Shown one piece after another: positions 30,172 to 40,381 of a DNA stretch of 64,000 nucleotides. Both the position numbers and the translations under genes were made by a program. How positions within the stretch are numbered: position 1 is the first letter of the stretch; every line of letters begins with the position of its first letter. This DNA comes from an uncultured bacterium. Lineage in GTDB: Bacteria; Calescibacteriota; Calescibacteriia; Calescibacteriales; Calescibacteriaceae. The stretch lies in assembly GCA_938036315.1 (NCBI GenBank), contig CALHPK010000001.1, positions 144,109 through 208,108 of the forward strand. Direction: 5' to 3'. The notes below the pieces were generated by a model. It worked only from the letters and a program-made list of their open reading frames with translations. It ran no database searches and was not told where the DNA came from.

Positions 30172-30582
30172 ATGGGGATAACAGATCAGATAGCAGATAT
30201 GCTAACACAGATAAGAAACGCAATAGCAGTCAAAAAAGATAAGATCGAAATACCCGCCTCAAGAATGAAAATCCAAATAGCTTCAGTCCTAAAAGAAGAA
30301 GGCTTCATAAAAGACTACGAAATAGTACCAGATAAAAAAAGCGGCAGACTCATTATCTATCTTAAGTATTTCTACCCCGAACCGGGAGTTAAAATTTCCG
30401 TTGTAAGAGGATTGCAAAGAATCTCAAAACCAGGAAGACGCGTCTACATCAAAGCGAAGGAATTAAAACCTGTATTTGGAGGTACTGGCATTCTTATTCT
30501 CTCAACTCCCAACGGTATAATAAGCAATACAACAGCCAAAAAGCTAAATACAGGGGGGGAGGTAATCGCTAAGATTTGGTAA
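30172..30582 (+). CDS. rpsH: 30S ribosomal protein S8
   Basis: MGITDQIADMLTQIRNAIAVKKDKIEIPASRMKIQIASVLKEEGFIKDYE...GGEVIAKIW is the canonical S8 sequence. The conserved start is internal within the track ORF. Confidence 0.88.
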   Translation: MGITDQIADMLTQIRNAIAVKKDKIEIPASRMKIQIASVLKEEGFIKDYEIVPDKKSGRLIIYLKYFYPEPGVKISVVRGLQRISKPGRRVYIKAKELKPVFGGTGILILSTPNGIISNTTAKKLNTGGEVIAKIW

Positions 30583-31189
30583 AACCCCGCAAAATCTTCA
30601 TTATTTCCTCAACTTGCTCCCGAGTCCTTCGAAGGTCTCCGGAGTTATCAATGACAAAGTCCGCTAACTTCCTTTTCACTTCTATATCAATCTGAGAACT
30701 TAGACGAGCCTCAATCTCTTCATCGGAAAGATTATCTCTTTTCCTCATCCTTTCCCTCTGCACATCCTTGCTCGCGTAAACTACAATAACCGGATGTACA
30801 TATATCTTTTTTTCATATATAAGTGGAATTTCCACAACTACAAAATCATTGGGACATTCTGAAATCTCCTCAGCCATCTTATTCACAACTTCCGGATGTA
30901 CTATGCTTTCAAGAAGAGCAAGTTTATCTTTATCTTCAAAAACAATTTTGCCAAGCTTTTTCCTATCAATTTCTCCTGTACTATCAAGTATACCACTCCC
31001 GAATTGTTCTACGATTTTATGATACGCCTTTTCTCCTTTTTTTATAATATCGTGCGCAATCTTATCTGCATCTACAACTTTGGCTCCAAGACTCTCAAAT
31101 ATTTTTGCGACCGTTGTCTTACCTGTGGCAATTCCACCTGTAAGATAAATCACCAACTTTTCTCCAGACACATCTACTTCCTCCTTCAT
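30569..31189 (-). CDS. coaE: Dephospho-CoA kinase
   Basis: IYLTGGIATGKTTVAKIFESLGAKVVDADKIAHD is a P-loop with the CoaE N-terminal signature. Confidence 0.85.
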   Translation of the reverse strand: MKEEVDVSGEKLVIYLTGGIATGKTTVAKIFESLGAKVVDADKIAHDIIKKGEKAYHKIVEQFGSGILDSTGEIDRKKLGKIVFEDKDKLALLESIVHPEVVNKMAEEISECPNDFVVVEIPLIYEKKIYVHPVIVVYASKDVQRERMRKRDNLSDEEIEARLSSQIDIEVKRKLADFVIDNSGDLRRTREQVEEIMKILRGFTKS

Positions 31190-31396
31190 ATTCTATTTTA
31201 AACATATTTCAATATTGGTGAACAGATCACGCCAATCACTTCTTAACTTTATCGCTATTCAGACAAATGAGCACAAAACCACCTATTTGATTAGAACTAA
31301 CCATCTCTCAGATCGAGAGAAATGAGTAGCTAAGTAAGTAGCTCTAAATTTGCATATCAAAGCATATCAAAACCGATCATAAACACAGTGTATCCT

Positions 31397-32056
31397 TCAC
31401 ATCAGGGAAAATATAAAATCCAAAATTTTATTATAAGCTTCAGAGCTATACGTTCTTTTATACTCTTTCATAATCTTTATAGCTTCCTCTTCTTTGATCA
31501 ATGACATAAAAAAGTTCCTCTTCAGGAAAGAAACAATGAAAGAAAAAACTTGAGTCACATTTTTCGGTCTCTGGGAAAACGTGGCAGATTCAAAATCAAT
31601 AAGTACAATTCCCTTTTTACTAAGTATAACATTCTTATAAGGTCTATGCATCTCATTTTTTGATATTTTAAGAATATCAAGCTTCCTCGCCTGCTTCAGA
31701 ATATCTAAAAATAGAAAAATTTTCTGCGGAGCAGAAAATTCGTCCGAATCTATAACTTTGTCAAATGTTACACCTTCTATAAATTCCTCAACAACAAAAT
31801 CGTACCCATATAATAAAAGGTGTGGACCTATTCCCTCTTGATTTACTATCTTGAGTATCTCAGCTTCTTTCAAAATATTTCTTGAAAGCTCGGGAGATCT
31901 TGCAACTTTTATAATTACCTTTTTACCATCTAATTCTGAAGTATAGATATTTCCTCTCCACCCTTTAGTGAGAAAACCTACATTCTTGCAAGCTCCCAAA
32001 AATTTTTCTGCATCTGTCTCCAGAAACTTCGGCACTTTACGTAAACTCGTATGCAA
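31397..32056 (-). CDS. Small protein-kinase-fold protein (Bud32/RIO/Kdo-kinase-like)
   Basis: GWRGNIYTSELDGKKVIIKV resembles a Gly-loop followed by the VAIK lysine. HRPYKNVILSKKG resembles the catalytic loop and LIDFESA is DFG-like. Confidence 0.45.
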   Translation of the reverse strand: MHTSLRKVPKFLETDAEKFLGACKNVGFLTKGWRGNIYTSELDGKKVIIKVARSPELSRNILKEAEILKIVNQEGIGPHLLLYGYDFVVEEFIEGVTFDKVIDSDEFSAPQKIFLFLDILKQARKLDILKISKNEMHRPYKNVILSKKGIVLIDFESATFSQRPKNVTQVFSFIVSFLKRNFFMSLIKEEEAIKIMKEYKRTYSSEAYNKILDFIFSLM

Positions 32057-32266
32057 ACTACATTTATACTATGTAATTTAAATCACTCTAAGAATAAGAA
32101 AAAATCTAAAATTTGCAAAAACTTTATTCAATCGTCCTCAAAAGGAGAAATCATATAGGTAATAGAAATATTCCTGATTACCCACCCTTTACCCAAATCT
32201 AAAATTCCTGTTTATATCATAATTGAAAATTATCTCAATAGTTTTGTAGATAAATTACATAAACAG

Positions 32267-32779
32267 ATGGCGGAGGTTGAAAAATTACTTTTCTTTGGGG
32301 CATCACTGATAGCTATATTTTCATCAATTCTTGCAATAACAAGGAGACAACCAATATTTGGAGTAATTTACCTTCTTGTTCTGGGACTTACCGTATCATT
32401 CCTCTTTGCTCTAAAATCTGCTTTCTTTCTCTCATTGATACAGATAATCATCTACATAGGAGCTGTTCTTGTTCTTTTTGTTTTTGTAATATCTATGATG
32501 AACCTCCAGCCTGATGAGAAAATAAATCTAAAAGACCTGATATCATCGGTTCCAATACTTATCTTCATAATAGTGTTTATCTCGGTTTTGTTCTCTGAAG
32601 CAAGTTTCTATGAGACAAAATTTTCATTTTTCCCGGCAAGCTTAGTAGCAAAAAGTTTTTACAAGGATTTATTCTTCCAGTTTGAGCTTGTATCGGTTTT
32701 CCTTCTTGCAGGAATCGTGATAACGATTTTTGTTGGAATGAAAATTAAAGAGGTAAAAAAGGAAGATAAAACCACATGA
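32267..32779 (+). CDS. nuoJ: NADH-quinone oxidoreductase subunit J
   Basis: 5 TM helices with NuoJ/ND6 topology. It is followed directly by nuoK with an ATGA overlap. Confidence 0.8.
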   Translation: MAEVEKLLFFGASLIAIFSSILAITRRQPIFGVIYLLVLGLTVSFLFALKSAFFLSLIQIIIYIGAVLVLFVFVISMMNLQPDEKINLKDLISSVPILIFIIVFISVLFSEASFYETKFSFFPASLVAKSFYKDLFFQFELVSVFLLAGIVITIFVGMKIKEVKKEDKTT

Positions 32780-33075
32780 TAGGTCCTTATCATTACGCAG
32801 TTTTAGGGACAATTCTATTTTTTACTGGGCTAGGAGGAATTGTCATAAGACGAAACATAATATCTATACTTATCTCAATTGAAGTTGCAATAAATGGAAT
32901 ATTTTTACTTTTCTTTGCTGGAAGCCTGAAAATTGGATACATTTCTCAGGCCATAGTGTTAATCCTTATGGCGGTTGCCGCAGTTGAAGCAGCGGTTGGA
33001 ATAGCACTAGCAATAGCCATATTTAGAACAACAAAATCAGCAAGGATAGAAGGGCTATCAGAATTAAAAAATTAG
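32776..33075 (+). CDS. nuoK: NADH-quinone oxidoreductase subunit K
   Basis: 99 aa, 3 TM, with the conserved Glu in TM2/TM3 (EVAINGIFLL...AAVEAAVGIALAIA). Confidence 0.85.
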   Translation: MIGPYHYAVLGTILFFTGLGGIVIRRNIISILISIEVAINGIFLLFFAGSLKIGYISQAIVLILMAVAAVEAAVGIALAIAIFRTTKSARIEGLSELKN

Positions 33076-33077
33076 CT

Positions 33078-34970
33078 ATGGATACCTGGGGGAAAATAAT
33101 AGTCCTATCTCCACTCATAGGAGCAACTATAAACCTACTTATTCTTGCGTATGAGCATTTGAAAAATCAAGAAAAAGAGAAACAGAAGAGAAACCATAGT
33201 AGTCATGCTAATCACAGCAGTCATGCTGAACAAGGCCACGGGCTAACTCCAATCAAATGGATCTCTGGTTTTATATCATCTCTTGCAGTACTGACTTCAT
33301 TTGTAGGCTCTCTTCTGATATTCAAAAGAGAAAATTTCTCGCTCGAACTTATTGCATGGCTTCCCTTGGAGTCGGTAAAAATCTCTATTTCAGCTCTGTA
33401 TGATGAACTTTCTAAAACCGCACTTTTATATATAACTGGAGTTTCTACTCTTATACATATCTACTCCATAGGGTATATGTCACACGATAGAGGATTCATA
33501 AGGTATTTTATGCTCCTTAATTTGTTTGTTTTCTTTATGATCCAGATCGTCGTAGCAGATAACTTACTACAAATCTTTTTGGGCTGGGAAGGTGTCGGTT
33601 TATGCTCATACCTACTTATTGGGTTCTGGTATTCTGTTTTTGAGAATGCAAGAGCTGGTTTTAAGGCATTCATAACAAATAGAATTGGTGATTTTGGATT
33701 TATAGTCGGAATAGCTCTGGTACTTCTTTACACAGGGGACGTAAACTACTCAGCATTGAAAAATATCCCGACCGATAAAGTGTTTCTTGTTGCATTCTTT
33801 CTGTTCATGGGAGCAATGGGTAAAAGCGCACAGGGACCTTTATGGCTTTGGCTACCAGATGCAATGCGTGGACCTACCCCAGTTTCAGCCCTAATCCACG
33901 CAGCAACAATGGTAACCGCTGGGGTATATATGACCGTAAGATTGAAAGAAATCTTTCTCACTCCATCTGCTTCAGAGCTTGTATTCTGGATAGGCATAAT
34001 AACCTGCCTTCTTATGGGAGTTTTCGGGTTGTTCGAGCGTGATATAAAGAGAGTTCTTGCATTCTCGACTTTATCCCAGCTTGGACTTATGTTCTGCGGA
34101 GCTGCTTCACATCAGCCTTACTCTGGAATCTTCCATGTGTTTGAACACAGCTTCTTCAAAGCAGCTTTATTCCTAATATCTGGAATGCTCATGCATGCAT
34201 TTGCGGATACAACAGATATATACAAGCTCAGGGAAAATAAACCTGCAGAGCGCGGTATGATGCTAAGCACTCTTGGGTTCTTAATAGCTTCGCTCGCAAT
34301 GAGCGGAGTGTTCCCACTTTCGGGATTCTGGTCAAAAGAGTCTATAATCATGGCAGTATCAGAAAAATTTGGAGAAACAGGAGCGGTCCTTATGCTTATG
34401 GCTTCCTTTATAACCCCGCTTTATATGTTCCGCGCATTCTTCATAGTTTTCGGTGGTCAAAAATTTAAATTCTCCCTCTCCCCATCCCTTGAGGGAGGCT
34501 CCCTTATGTTCTTCCCAGTGATAACCTTAGTTGTACTGTCGGTTATCGGCGGAATTTTCAATGTAGGAGCATGGCTCGGGGAAGAGTACGGATACTCCGC
34601 ACAGGCTCATCACTCAGAAATATTAGCAAACCCTGTACTTATCCATATCATAGTGCTTTTAGCAATCGCAATAGCCTACTTTCTGTTCTCAAAAGGTGAA
34701 GAACCTAAAGAGGAAGGGATGAAGAAAATTTTGTGGAAAAAATTATATCTTAATGAAGCTGAAGAGTGGACATTAATCGGGTCAGCTATAGTGATGACAA
34801 AGATTATATACTCATTTCTGGAAAGATTAATTATTGAGGGATTCTACTCCTCCGTTGCTTTTATTTCTAAGGCTGCGGGAAGCCTTATTGCAATTGTACA
34901 CGGAGGAAGCCCTAACCGACTTGTAATTCTGCTAATTTTGGCAATATTGCTTGCAATCATTTTCCTATAA
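33078..34970 (+). CDS. nuoL: NADH-quinone oxidoreductase subunit L (with His-rich insertion after TM1)
   Basis: WLWLPDAMRGPTPVSALIHAATMVTAGVY is the antiporter-like core and there is a long C-terminal lateral helix. The extra segment is NHSSHANHSSHAEQGHG. Confidence 0.88.
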   Translation: MDTWGKIIVLSPLIGATINLLILAYEHLKNQEKEKQKRNHSSHANHSSHAEQGHGLTPIKWISGFISSLAVLTSFVGSLLIFKRENFSLELIAWLPLESVKISISALYDELSKTALLYITGVSTLIHIYSIGYMSHDRGFIRYFMLLNLFVFFMIQIVVADNLLQIFLGWEGVGLCSYLLIGFWYSVFENARAGFKAFITNRIGDFGFIVGIALVLLYTGDVNYSALKNIPTDKVFLVAFFLFMGAMGKSAQGPLWLWLPDAMRGPTPVSALIHAATMVTAGVYMTVRLKEIFLTPSASELVFWIGIITCLLMGVFGLFERDIKRVLAFSTLSQLGLMFCGAASHQPYSGIFHVFEHSFFKAALFLISGMLMHAFADTTDIYKLRENKPAERGMMLSTLGFLIASLAMSGVFPLSGFWSKESIIMAVSEKFGETGAVLMLMASFITPLYMFRAFFIVFGGQKFKFSLSPSLEGGSLMFFPVITLVVLSVIGGIFNVGAWLGEEYGYSAQAHHSEILANPVLIHIIVLLAIAIAYFLFSKGEEPKEEGMKKILWKKLYLNEAEEWTLIGSAIVMTKIIYSFLERLIIEGFYSSVAFISKAAGSLIAIVHGGSPNRLVILLILAILLAIIFL

Positions 34971-34976
34971 AGGAGA

Positions 34977-36443
34977 GTGAAGATTATGGATGCAGTCAAA
35001 CTTACCTTACTCCTTCCCTTTGTAGGGGCAATAACTTCTCTATTTCTGAGAAATATATTTGTTGGACTTAGCTTCTCATTAGCAACCTTGATATCCTCTC
35101 TCTTCATACCCATCGGATACACAGATAAAATAATATTAAGCGAGCAGGTGGGACTTTCAATATCTTTACATATTGATGGACTAAATCTACCACTGATTAT
35201 TCTCACAACTGGATTGTTTTTTCTTGTCTTTTTATACGCAACAGTAGAGAAGCGAGAAAGAAAAGATGAATATATATTCTTATTCTTACTCCTTGAGGCT
35301 TTTGTCATACCGACTTTTCTGACACAAAACCTACTTATCTTCTACTTCTTCTTTGACGCAATCTTGATTCCTATGTTCTTCATAATTGGAATATGGGGAA
35401 CTGGTAAGAAAGTGTACTCAGCTTACAAATTTGTTCTTTTCACATTCTTTGGAGGAGTATTTCTTCTTATCTGTATAATTTACATTGGCAAGGAAGTTTT
35501 TGCAGAATCAGGGAAACTTTCATTTGAACTTGAAGACTTTGTTGAAGTTTGTCGCAAGTTTGACTACAATACGAAAATCTTACTCTTCCTTGGATTTTTC
35601 TTAGCTTTCGCCGTTAAAATCCCGCTCATTCCCCTGCATGTCTGGCTTCCTGACGCTCATACAGAAGCCCCAACCGGTGGAAGTGTTATACTTGCCGGAA
35701 TACTCCTTAAAATTGGCTCATATGCGTTCCTGAGGTTCGCCATACCTCTCTTCCCCGATATCGTAAAAGATTACTACCTTTACATATCTTACCTATCTGT
35801 TATAGGAATAATCTTCGGAGCAATACTAGCCCTTTCTCAGAACGATATAAAAAGACTTATAGCATATTCCTCGGTATCTCACATGGGCTATGTTATGCTT
35901 GGCTCGGTAGCTTTCTCAAGCTTAGATAACAGACTAGTTTATGAAGGACTACAGGGTGCAATATTGCAGATGATAAATCATGGAATTGCAACAGGAGCTT
36001 TATTTTTCCTCGTCGGGATGCTCTACGAAAGAACTCACACCCGTATGATCTCAGACTACTCAGGCATCGCGTCACGAGTTCCTATCCTAACATTCTTCTT
36101 TATGATATTCACCTTATCTTCAATCGGCTTCCCATCAACCGGTGGATTCATAGGAGAGATCCTTGTCATTTTAGGTGCCATAAAATCAAATGTCGTAGTC
36201 GGAATCATCACTGCTGCTGGTGCAATCTTATCCGCAGGATATATGTTATATCTCATACTTCGCGTATTTTTCGGAGAGTACAGAGAAAATAAAGCCACAG
36301 AACATCTTGATGACATAAAAATAATCGAGATCATAACTCTTATCCCATTGGCAATTTTCGTCTTTCTGATTGGAATTTATCCAAAACCACTTATGGGAAT
36401 TATAAGCAATGGAATCGAATTCATCTGGAGGAGCTTGCAATGA
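34977..36443 (+). CDS. nuoM: NADH-quinone oxidoreductase subunit M
   Basis: HVWLPDAHTEAPTGGSVILAGILLKIGSYAFLRF and the ND4 family core. Confidence 0.88.
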   Translation: MKIMDAVKLTLLLPFVGAITSLFLRNIFVGLSFSLATLISSLFIPIGYTDKIILSEQVGLSISLHIDGLNLPLIILTTGLFFLVFLYATVEKRERKDEYIFLFLLLEAFVIPTFLTQNLLIFYFFFDAILIPMFFIIGIWGTGKKVYSAYKFVLFTFFGGVFLLICIIYIGKEVFAESGKLSFELEDFVEVCRKFDYNTKILLFLGFFLAFAVKIPLIPLHVWLPDAHTEAPTGGSVILAGILLKIGSYAFLRFAIPLFPDIVKDYYLYISYLSVIGIIFGAILALSQNDIKRLIAYSSVSHMGYVMLGSVAFSSLDNRLVYEGLQGAILQMINHGIATGALFFLVGMLYERTHTRMISDYSGIASRVPILTFFFMIFTLSSIGFPSTGGFIGEILVILGAIKSNVVVGIITAAGAILSAGYMLYLILRVFFGEYRENKATEHLDDIKIIEIITLIPLAIFVFLIGIYPKPLMGIISNGIEFIWRSLQ

Positions 36444-37834
36444 ATTATAACGGAATAATTATAGAAGACGTAATAAAGGTATGGGGGATTTTTGGAGCCT
36501 CTATTTTTATCTCGGTTCTGGGAGTCATAGTATCACGAGCCCGTAAAAACTTCATCATAAGCTGGATTGCAACTTTTATCTCAATTGTCCTTATTTTTAT
36601 CTTCTCACTATTCGGAGATGAGAGGATATCCGATCCATTCGGTGCAGTCTCATTTGATAAAATATTCTACACAAGCACCTTCTTTCTCTCTACATTTTCC
36701 ATCGCTTCACTTTTCATATCACTTGGAGAAATCTACTCAAAAGAAAAGCTTTTCCCGGAATATTTTCTATTTATTACTTTAGGATTGCTCGGTGGAATCA
36801 TCCTTACAAGCTCAAAAGACCTCCTCACTCTATTCATAGCCATAGAACTTATGTCCTTTCCCATTTATGCTATGGTATATGCATTGAGAGAGAGAATAGG
36901 AGTTGAAGCATCCTTCAAATACTTTATATCAGGAGCAATATTTTCCCTCTTTTACCTATTTGGATTCTCACTTTACCTGATGTCGGAAGAAACTATATCT
37001 ATTCAGAATCCTCAGACCCTTCTGGGGATCATTGGAATAGTTTTTGTTCTCTTTTCTCTTTTATTCAAAGCTGGAGCTGCTCCATTTCACTTTTGGGTTC
37101 CAGATGTTTATCAAGGAGCACCATCATCAACAGTATCCTTTGCTGGATCCGTTGTCAAATTCTCGTCATTCGTTGCTATTCTGAGAATATCAGAAATAAC
37201 CGAAGGGACACTCTCCTTTCTTATTTCCGCAATCGTAATCCTATCCGTCGCTATCGGTGCTCTCTCAGCACTTGTACAAAAAGAAATAAAAAGGCTCATA
37301 GCTTACTCATCAATTTCACACTCAGGATTTATAGCCTTATTTATTCTCGCCTTAGGTAACCACAATTTCAGAGAATATTTTATGTTTTATTTAACAACAT
37401 ATGGCATAGCAACAGTGGGAATATTCGGAATTTTATCAATGTTCAAGAATACCTTAGTTGAGCTACAAGATATCTGTGGCTTTGCTAGAGTTCACAGATT
37501 CTTTGGAATGCTTATATCCATTTTTCTGATATATTTTTCTGGAATCCCAGCAACAGCAGGTTTTATAGCAAAATACCTTGCATTCTACTCAGCCTTGTCT
37601 GCTGGAGAAATTATTCCGGTTATCGTAGCTGGAATCGGTAGCTTAATTTCTCTATACTTTTACTTTCTGCCACCGGTCAGAATGTTTATGGATGAGATAA
37701 AAAGAGAAGTCGGGTTCTCTGTGAATCCAGTTATTGGTATCATCTCCTTGCTGATTGCCATATTCTTAATTCTCTCTGGCTTCTTCCCAAACTTATTTTT
37801 CACAGCTTTTCGAGCAATTCCTTTATCTTCCTGA
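36440..37834 (+). CDS. nuoN: NADH-quinone oxidoreductase subunit N
   Basis: FHFWVPDVYQGAPSSTVSFAGSVVKFSSF and the ND2 family core. It overlaps the nuoM stop. Confidence 0.85.
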   Translation: MNYNGIIIEDVIKVWGIFGASIFISVLGVIVSRARKNFIISWIATFISIVLIFIFSLFGDERISDPFGAVSFDKIFYTSTFFLSTFSIASLFISLGEIYSKEKLFPEYFLFITLGLLGGIILTSSKDLLTLFIAIELMSFPIYAMVYALRERIGVEASFKYFISGAIFSLFYLFGFSLYLMSEETISIQNPQTLLGIIGIVFVLFSLLFKAGAAPFHFWVPDVYQGAPSSTVSFAGSVVKFSSFVAILRISEITEGTLSFLISAIVILSVAIGALSALVQKEIKRLIAYSSISHSGFIALFILALGNHNFREYFMFYLTTYGIATVGIFGILSMFKNTLVELQDICGFARVHRFFGMLISIFLIYFSGIPATAGFIAKYLAFYSALSAGEIIPVIVAGIGSLISLYFYFLPPVRMFMDEIKREVGFSVNPVIGIISLLIAIFLILSGFFPNLFFTAFRAIPLSS

Positions 37835-38606
37835 AATCCTCAGTCATAATTTCCATCTGATTTGGATTTCTTACCACAAAAGCTGGGTGGAACGTCACGA
37901 ACACGGTATAGCCTGGTCTTGTAAAGTATTGTCCTCTCAGTTCAGATATTTTTTCTTCTTTCCCGAGCAATACCTTAGCAGCGGGTGCCCCCAAAGCTAC
38001 AACGAGCTTGGGTTTTATAATCCTCAGCTCTTCGAAAAGATACGGTGAACATGCATCGATCTCTGGCTTGGTAGGAGTTCTGTTATTTGGCGGACGGCAT
38101 CTAACAACATTGGTTATGAACACCTGTTCTCTTGAAAGCTTGAGTTCTTCCTTTATAATTTTTTCAAGTAGTTTGCCTGACTTTCCCACAAAAGGTTTTC
38201 CAGATTTATCTTCTTCATATCCTGGAGCTTCACCAACAAAAACCACCTGCGCAGATGGTGCTCCATCCCCCGGAACAGCTTTTTTCCTGTCTCTCCAGAG
38301 CTCGCAATTTTTGCAGGATCTTATCCTATCTGCAATATCATTGATAAGCCTTTTCTTCTCTTCAAGAACTATATTGTATGGATCTGGTAATGATAAACAG
38401 CGTAATAAAGCTTTGTCGAAAACAGAAATTTTTTCTCTGCTACCCAATCCCCCTCCTCCCTGATTCCGACCACTTTCTGCTATATTCCCTTCCCCTTCCT
38501 TCTTTTCCTCTCTATCATCTATATAGATTTCTCCGAAAATCTCTTCGATGAAAGATATGTACTCCTCTATTGCTTCCATTACATCCTTTTCTGATAACTC
38601 TACCAC
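37800..38606 (-). CDS. Uracil-DNA glycosylase family 4 (UdgA, 4Fe-4S) with ~60 aa acidic/Gly-rich N-terminal extension
   Basis: C.NC.LW....AVPGDGAP.A.VVFVGEAPGYEEDKSGKPFVGKSGKLLEKII...FITNVVRCRPPNNRTPT matches the family-4 UDG motifs. Confidence 0.8.
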   Translation of the reverse strand: MVELSEKDVMEAIEEYISFIEEIFGEIYIDDREEKKEGEGNIAESGRNQGGGGLGSREKISVFDKALLRCLSLPDPYNIVLEEKKRLINDIADRIRSCKNCELWRDRKKAVPGDGAPSAQVVFVGEAPGYEEDKSGKPFVGKSGKLLEKIIKEELKLSREQVFITNVVRCRPPNNRTPTKPEIDACSPYLFEELRIIKPKLVVALGAPAAKVLLGKEEKISELRGQYFTRPGYTVFVTFHPAFVVRNPNQMEIMTEDFRKIKELLEKL

Positions 38607-38629
38607 AGGTGCTTAAAAATTTTGCCGAT

Positions 38630-39190
38630 CTACCTCAAGATAAACTGCTCCCACTCAGGATAGAATTTCAGATCTATATCTCTCGCATTGAGTATGCTTA
38701 TGAATGGGATATGAGGCTCCTTTATTAGAGTCATATTTGCTTCCTCAGGAGTTCTATCTCCTTTTTTTATGTTACAATCCATACAACTTGTTACAACATT
38801 CATCCAATCTGTTTTTCCTCCTCGAGATTTTGGAACAACATGATCTACGGTTAAGTTTTTGTATGATACCCTCATTCCACAGTACTGACACCTGAAACCA
38901 TCTCTTATGAATACCCCTAACCGTGATACTTTTGGTTTACTCATATGAAAACTTACGCTCGATCGCGTTATTACGATTTTTGGTATCCTTATTTTTCTTG
39001 AAACTGTGGATATGTATTCCTCGTCCTCGGATGGTTCAAATTCAAACCACTCATATATGGTATATGTTGAAAAATCGGAATCGAGCACATATGCAGATTC
39101 CCTAAAGAGTAACAAAAAGGCATGTTTCAGATTGCTAACATAGCAGGGGATATAGTTTTTATTGAGAACCAGAACCGCTCTTTTGACCAA
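38630..39190 (-). CDS. HNH endonuclease (McrA/COG1403-like, conserved N-terminal RAVLVLNKNY domain)
   Basis: CQYCG...LTVDHVVPKSRGG...NVVTSCMDCNIKKGDRT is an HNH motif with a CxxC...CxxC zinc site. Confidence 0.75.
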   Translation of the reverse strand: MVKRAVLVLNKNYIPCYVSNLKHAFLLLFRESAYVLDSDFSTYTIYEWFEFEPSEDEEYISTVSRKIRIPKIVITRSSVSFHMSKPKVSRLGVFIRDGFRCQYCGMRVSYKNLTVDHVVPKSRGGKTDWMNVVTSCMDCNIKKGDRTPEEANMTLIKEPHIPFISILNARDIDLKFYPEWEQFILR

Positions 39191-39420
39191 CTTCGAGCTA
39201 TTACGCTTTGGGCTTGGGCTTGGGTATAAATTACTTATGTATAGTGTTTCCCCTGCTTCTGTCTGCGGAAAATAGCTTGATTCAGTCCCATTATTGCTAT
39301 TTCTCTTAACAAAGAAGGCTTCTCACCCCCTTTCTAATATTATTATAATAAGCAACAAAAGTAAAAAATTAATCAAAATTGCGATATTTTACCAAAAGTA
39401 AAAATATCTTCTATTCAAAT

Positions 39421-40206
39421 TCATCTACCTTTCCATTCTGGTTTTCTTTTCTGGAAGAATGCAGATACTCCTTCAATAAGATCTTCAGTCATAAAGTTTA
39501 CAGAGAGCAATGTTGATAGGAACTCTAAGGATCTTGAGAATTCTAATTCTCTTGCGACATAATAAGCCCGCCTTCCTAACCGCAGAATCGCAGGGCTTTT
39601 CTCGAGAAGCTTACTAGCTATTTCCTGAACTTTAATATCTAACTGTTCTGGTTTGACAACATAGTTTATGAAACCAAGTTGCATAGCTTCAGTTGCGGAG
39701 ATTTTCTCACCGGTTAGCATAAGCTCGAGAAGTTTTTTGGGATTAGCTGTCACCCTGATCAAAGTTGCCAGAATTATGTATGGGAAGAGTCCGATATTTA
39801 TTTCAGGAGTCCCGAATCTTGCGGTCTCAACCGAGACTGCTATATCAGATGCGCAAACTATTCCGAATCCGCCACCGAGAGCATCACCGTTTACCCTTGC
39901 AATCACAGGCTTTGAGTAATTTTCCAGAACTCTGAATATTTCCGCAAATTTTCTTGCGCCTTCATATCTTGCAAGAAAGTGAGTTTCCTCACTCCCGGAA
40001 GGTCTGAGATCTCCCCCTGCAGAAAAAGCTTTGTCTCCAGCTCCAGTTACTATAACAATTTTCACATCTTTATCTTCATCTAGCTTCTTCAGCGCATCAA
40101 GAAATTCGGTTACGACCTTTTGTGATATAGCGTTTCTTGCTTCGGGGCGATTAAATGTTATCGTACCTTTAGCATCACTTACTTCAAGAATTAAAGTTTC
40201 ATACAT
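39421..40206 (-). CDS. Enoyl-CoA hydratase/isomerase (crotonase) family
   Basis: ITFNRPEARNAIS...VIARVNGDALGGGFGIVCASDIAV...EGVSAFFQKRKPEW. The start is taken at the internal MYETLILEV rather than the longer track ORF that reaches 40329. Confidence 0.75.
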   Translation of the reverse strand: MYETLILEVSDAKGTITFNRPEARNAISQKVVTEFLDALKKLDEDKDVKIVIVTGAGDKAFSAGGDLRPSGSEETHFLARYEGARKFAEIFRVLENYSKPVIARVNGDALGGGFGIVCASDIAVSVETARFGTPEINIGLFPYIILATLIRVTANPKKLLELMLTGEKISATEAMQLGFINYVVKPEQLDIKVQEIASKLLEKSPAILRLGRRAYYVARELEFSRSLEFLSTLLSVNFMTEDLIEGVSAFFQKRKPEWKGR

Positions 40207-40381
40207 AACTTCAAATTTGAACAAATATTCAAAAGATTTTTCAATTTCAGAAAATTTCAAATCCTGGAGAATTCCAAAAATACCAAACACAAAACCATAA
40301 TGAATCACAGAATTTACTTTTCCGAGCAAATTTCTGAAATTTACTTTTGAAAAGTGAAATATAACTAAATAGTAGTTGGTC

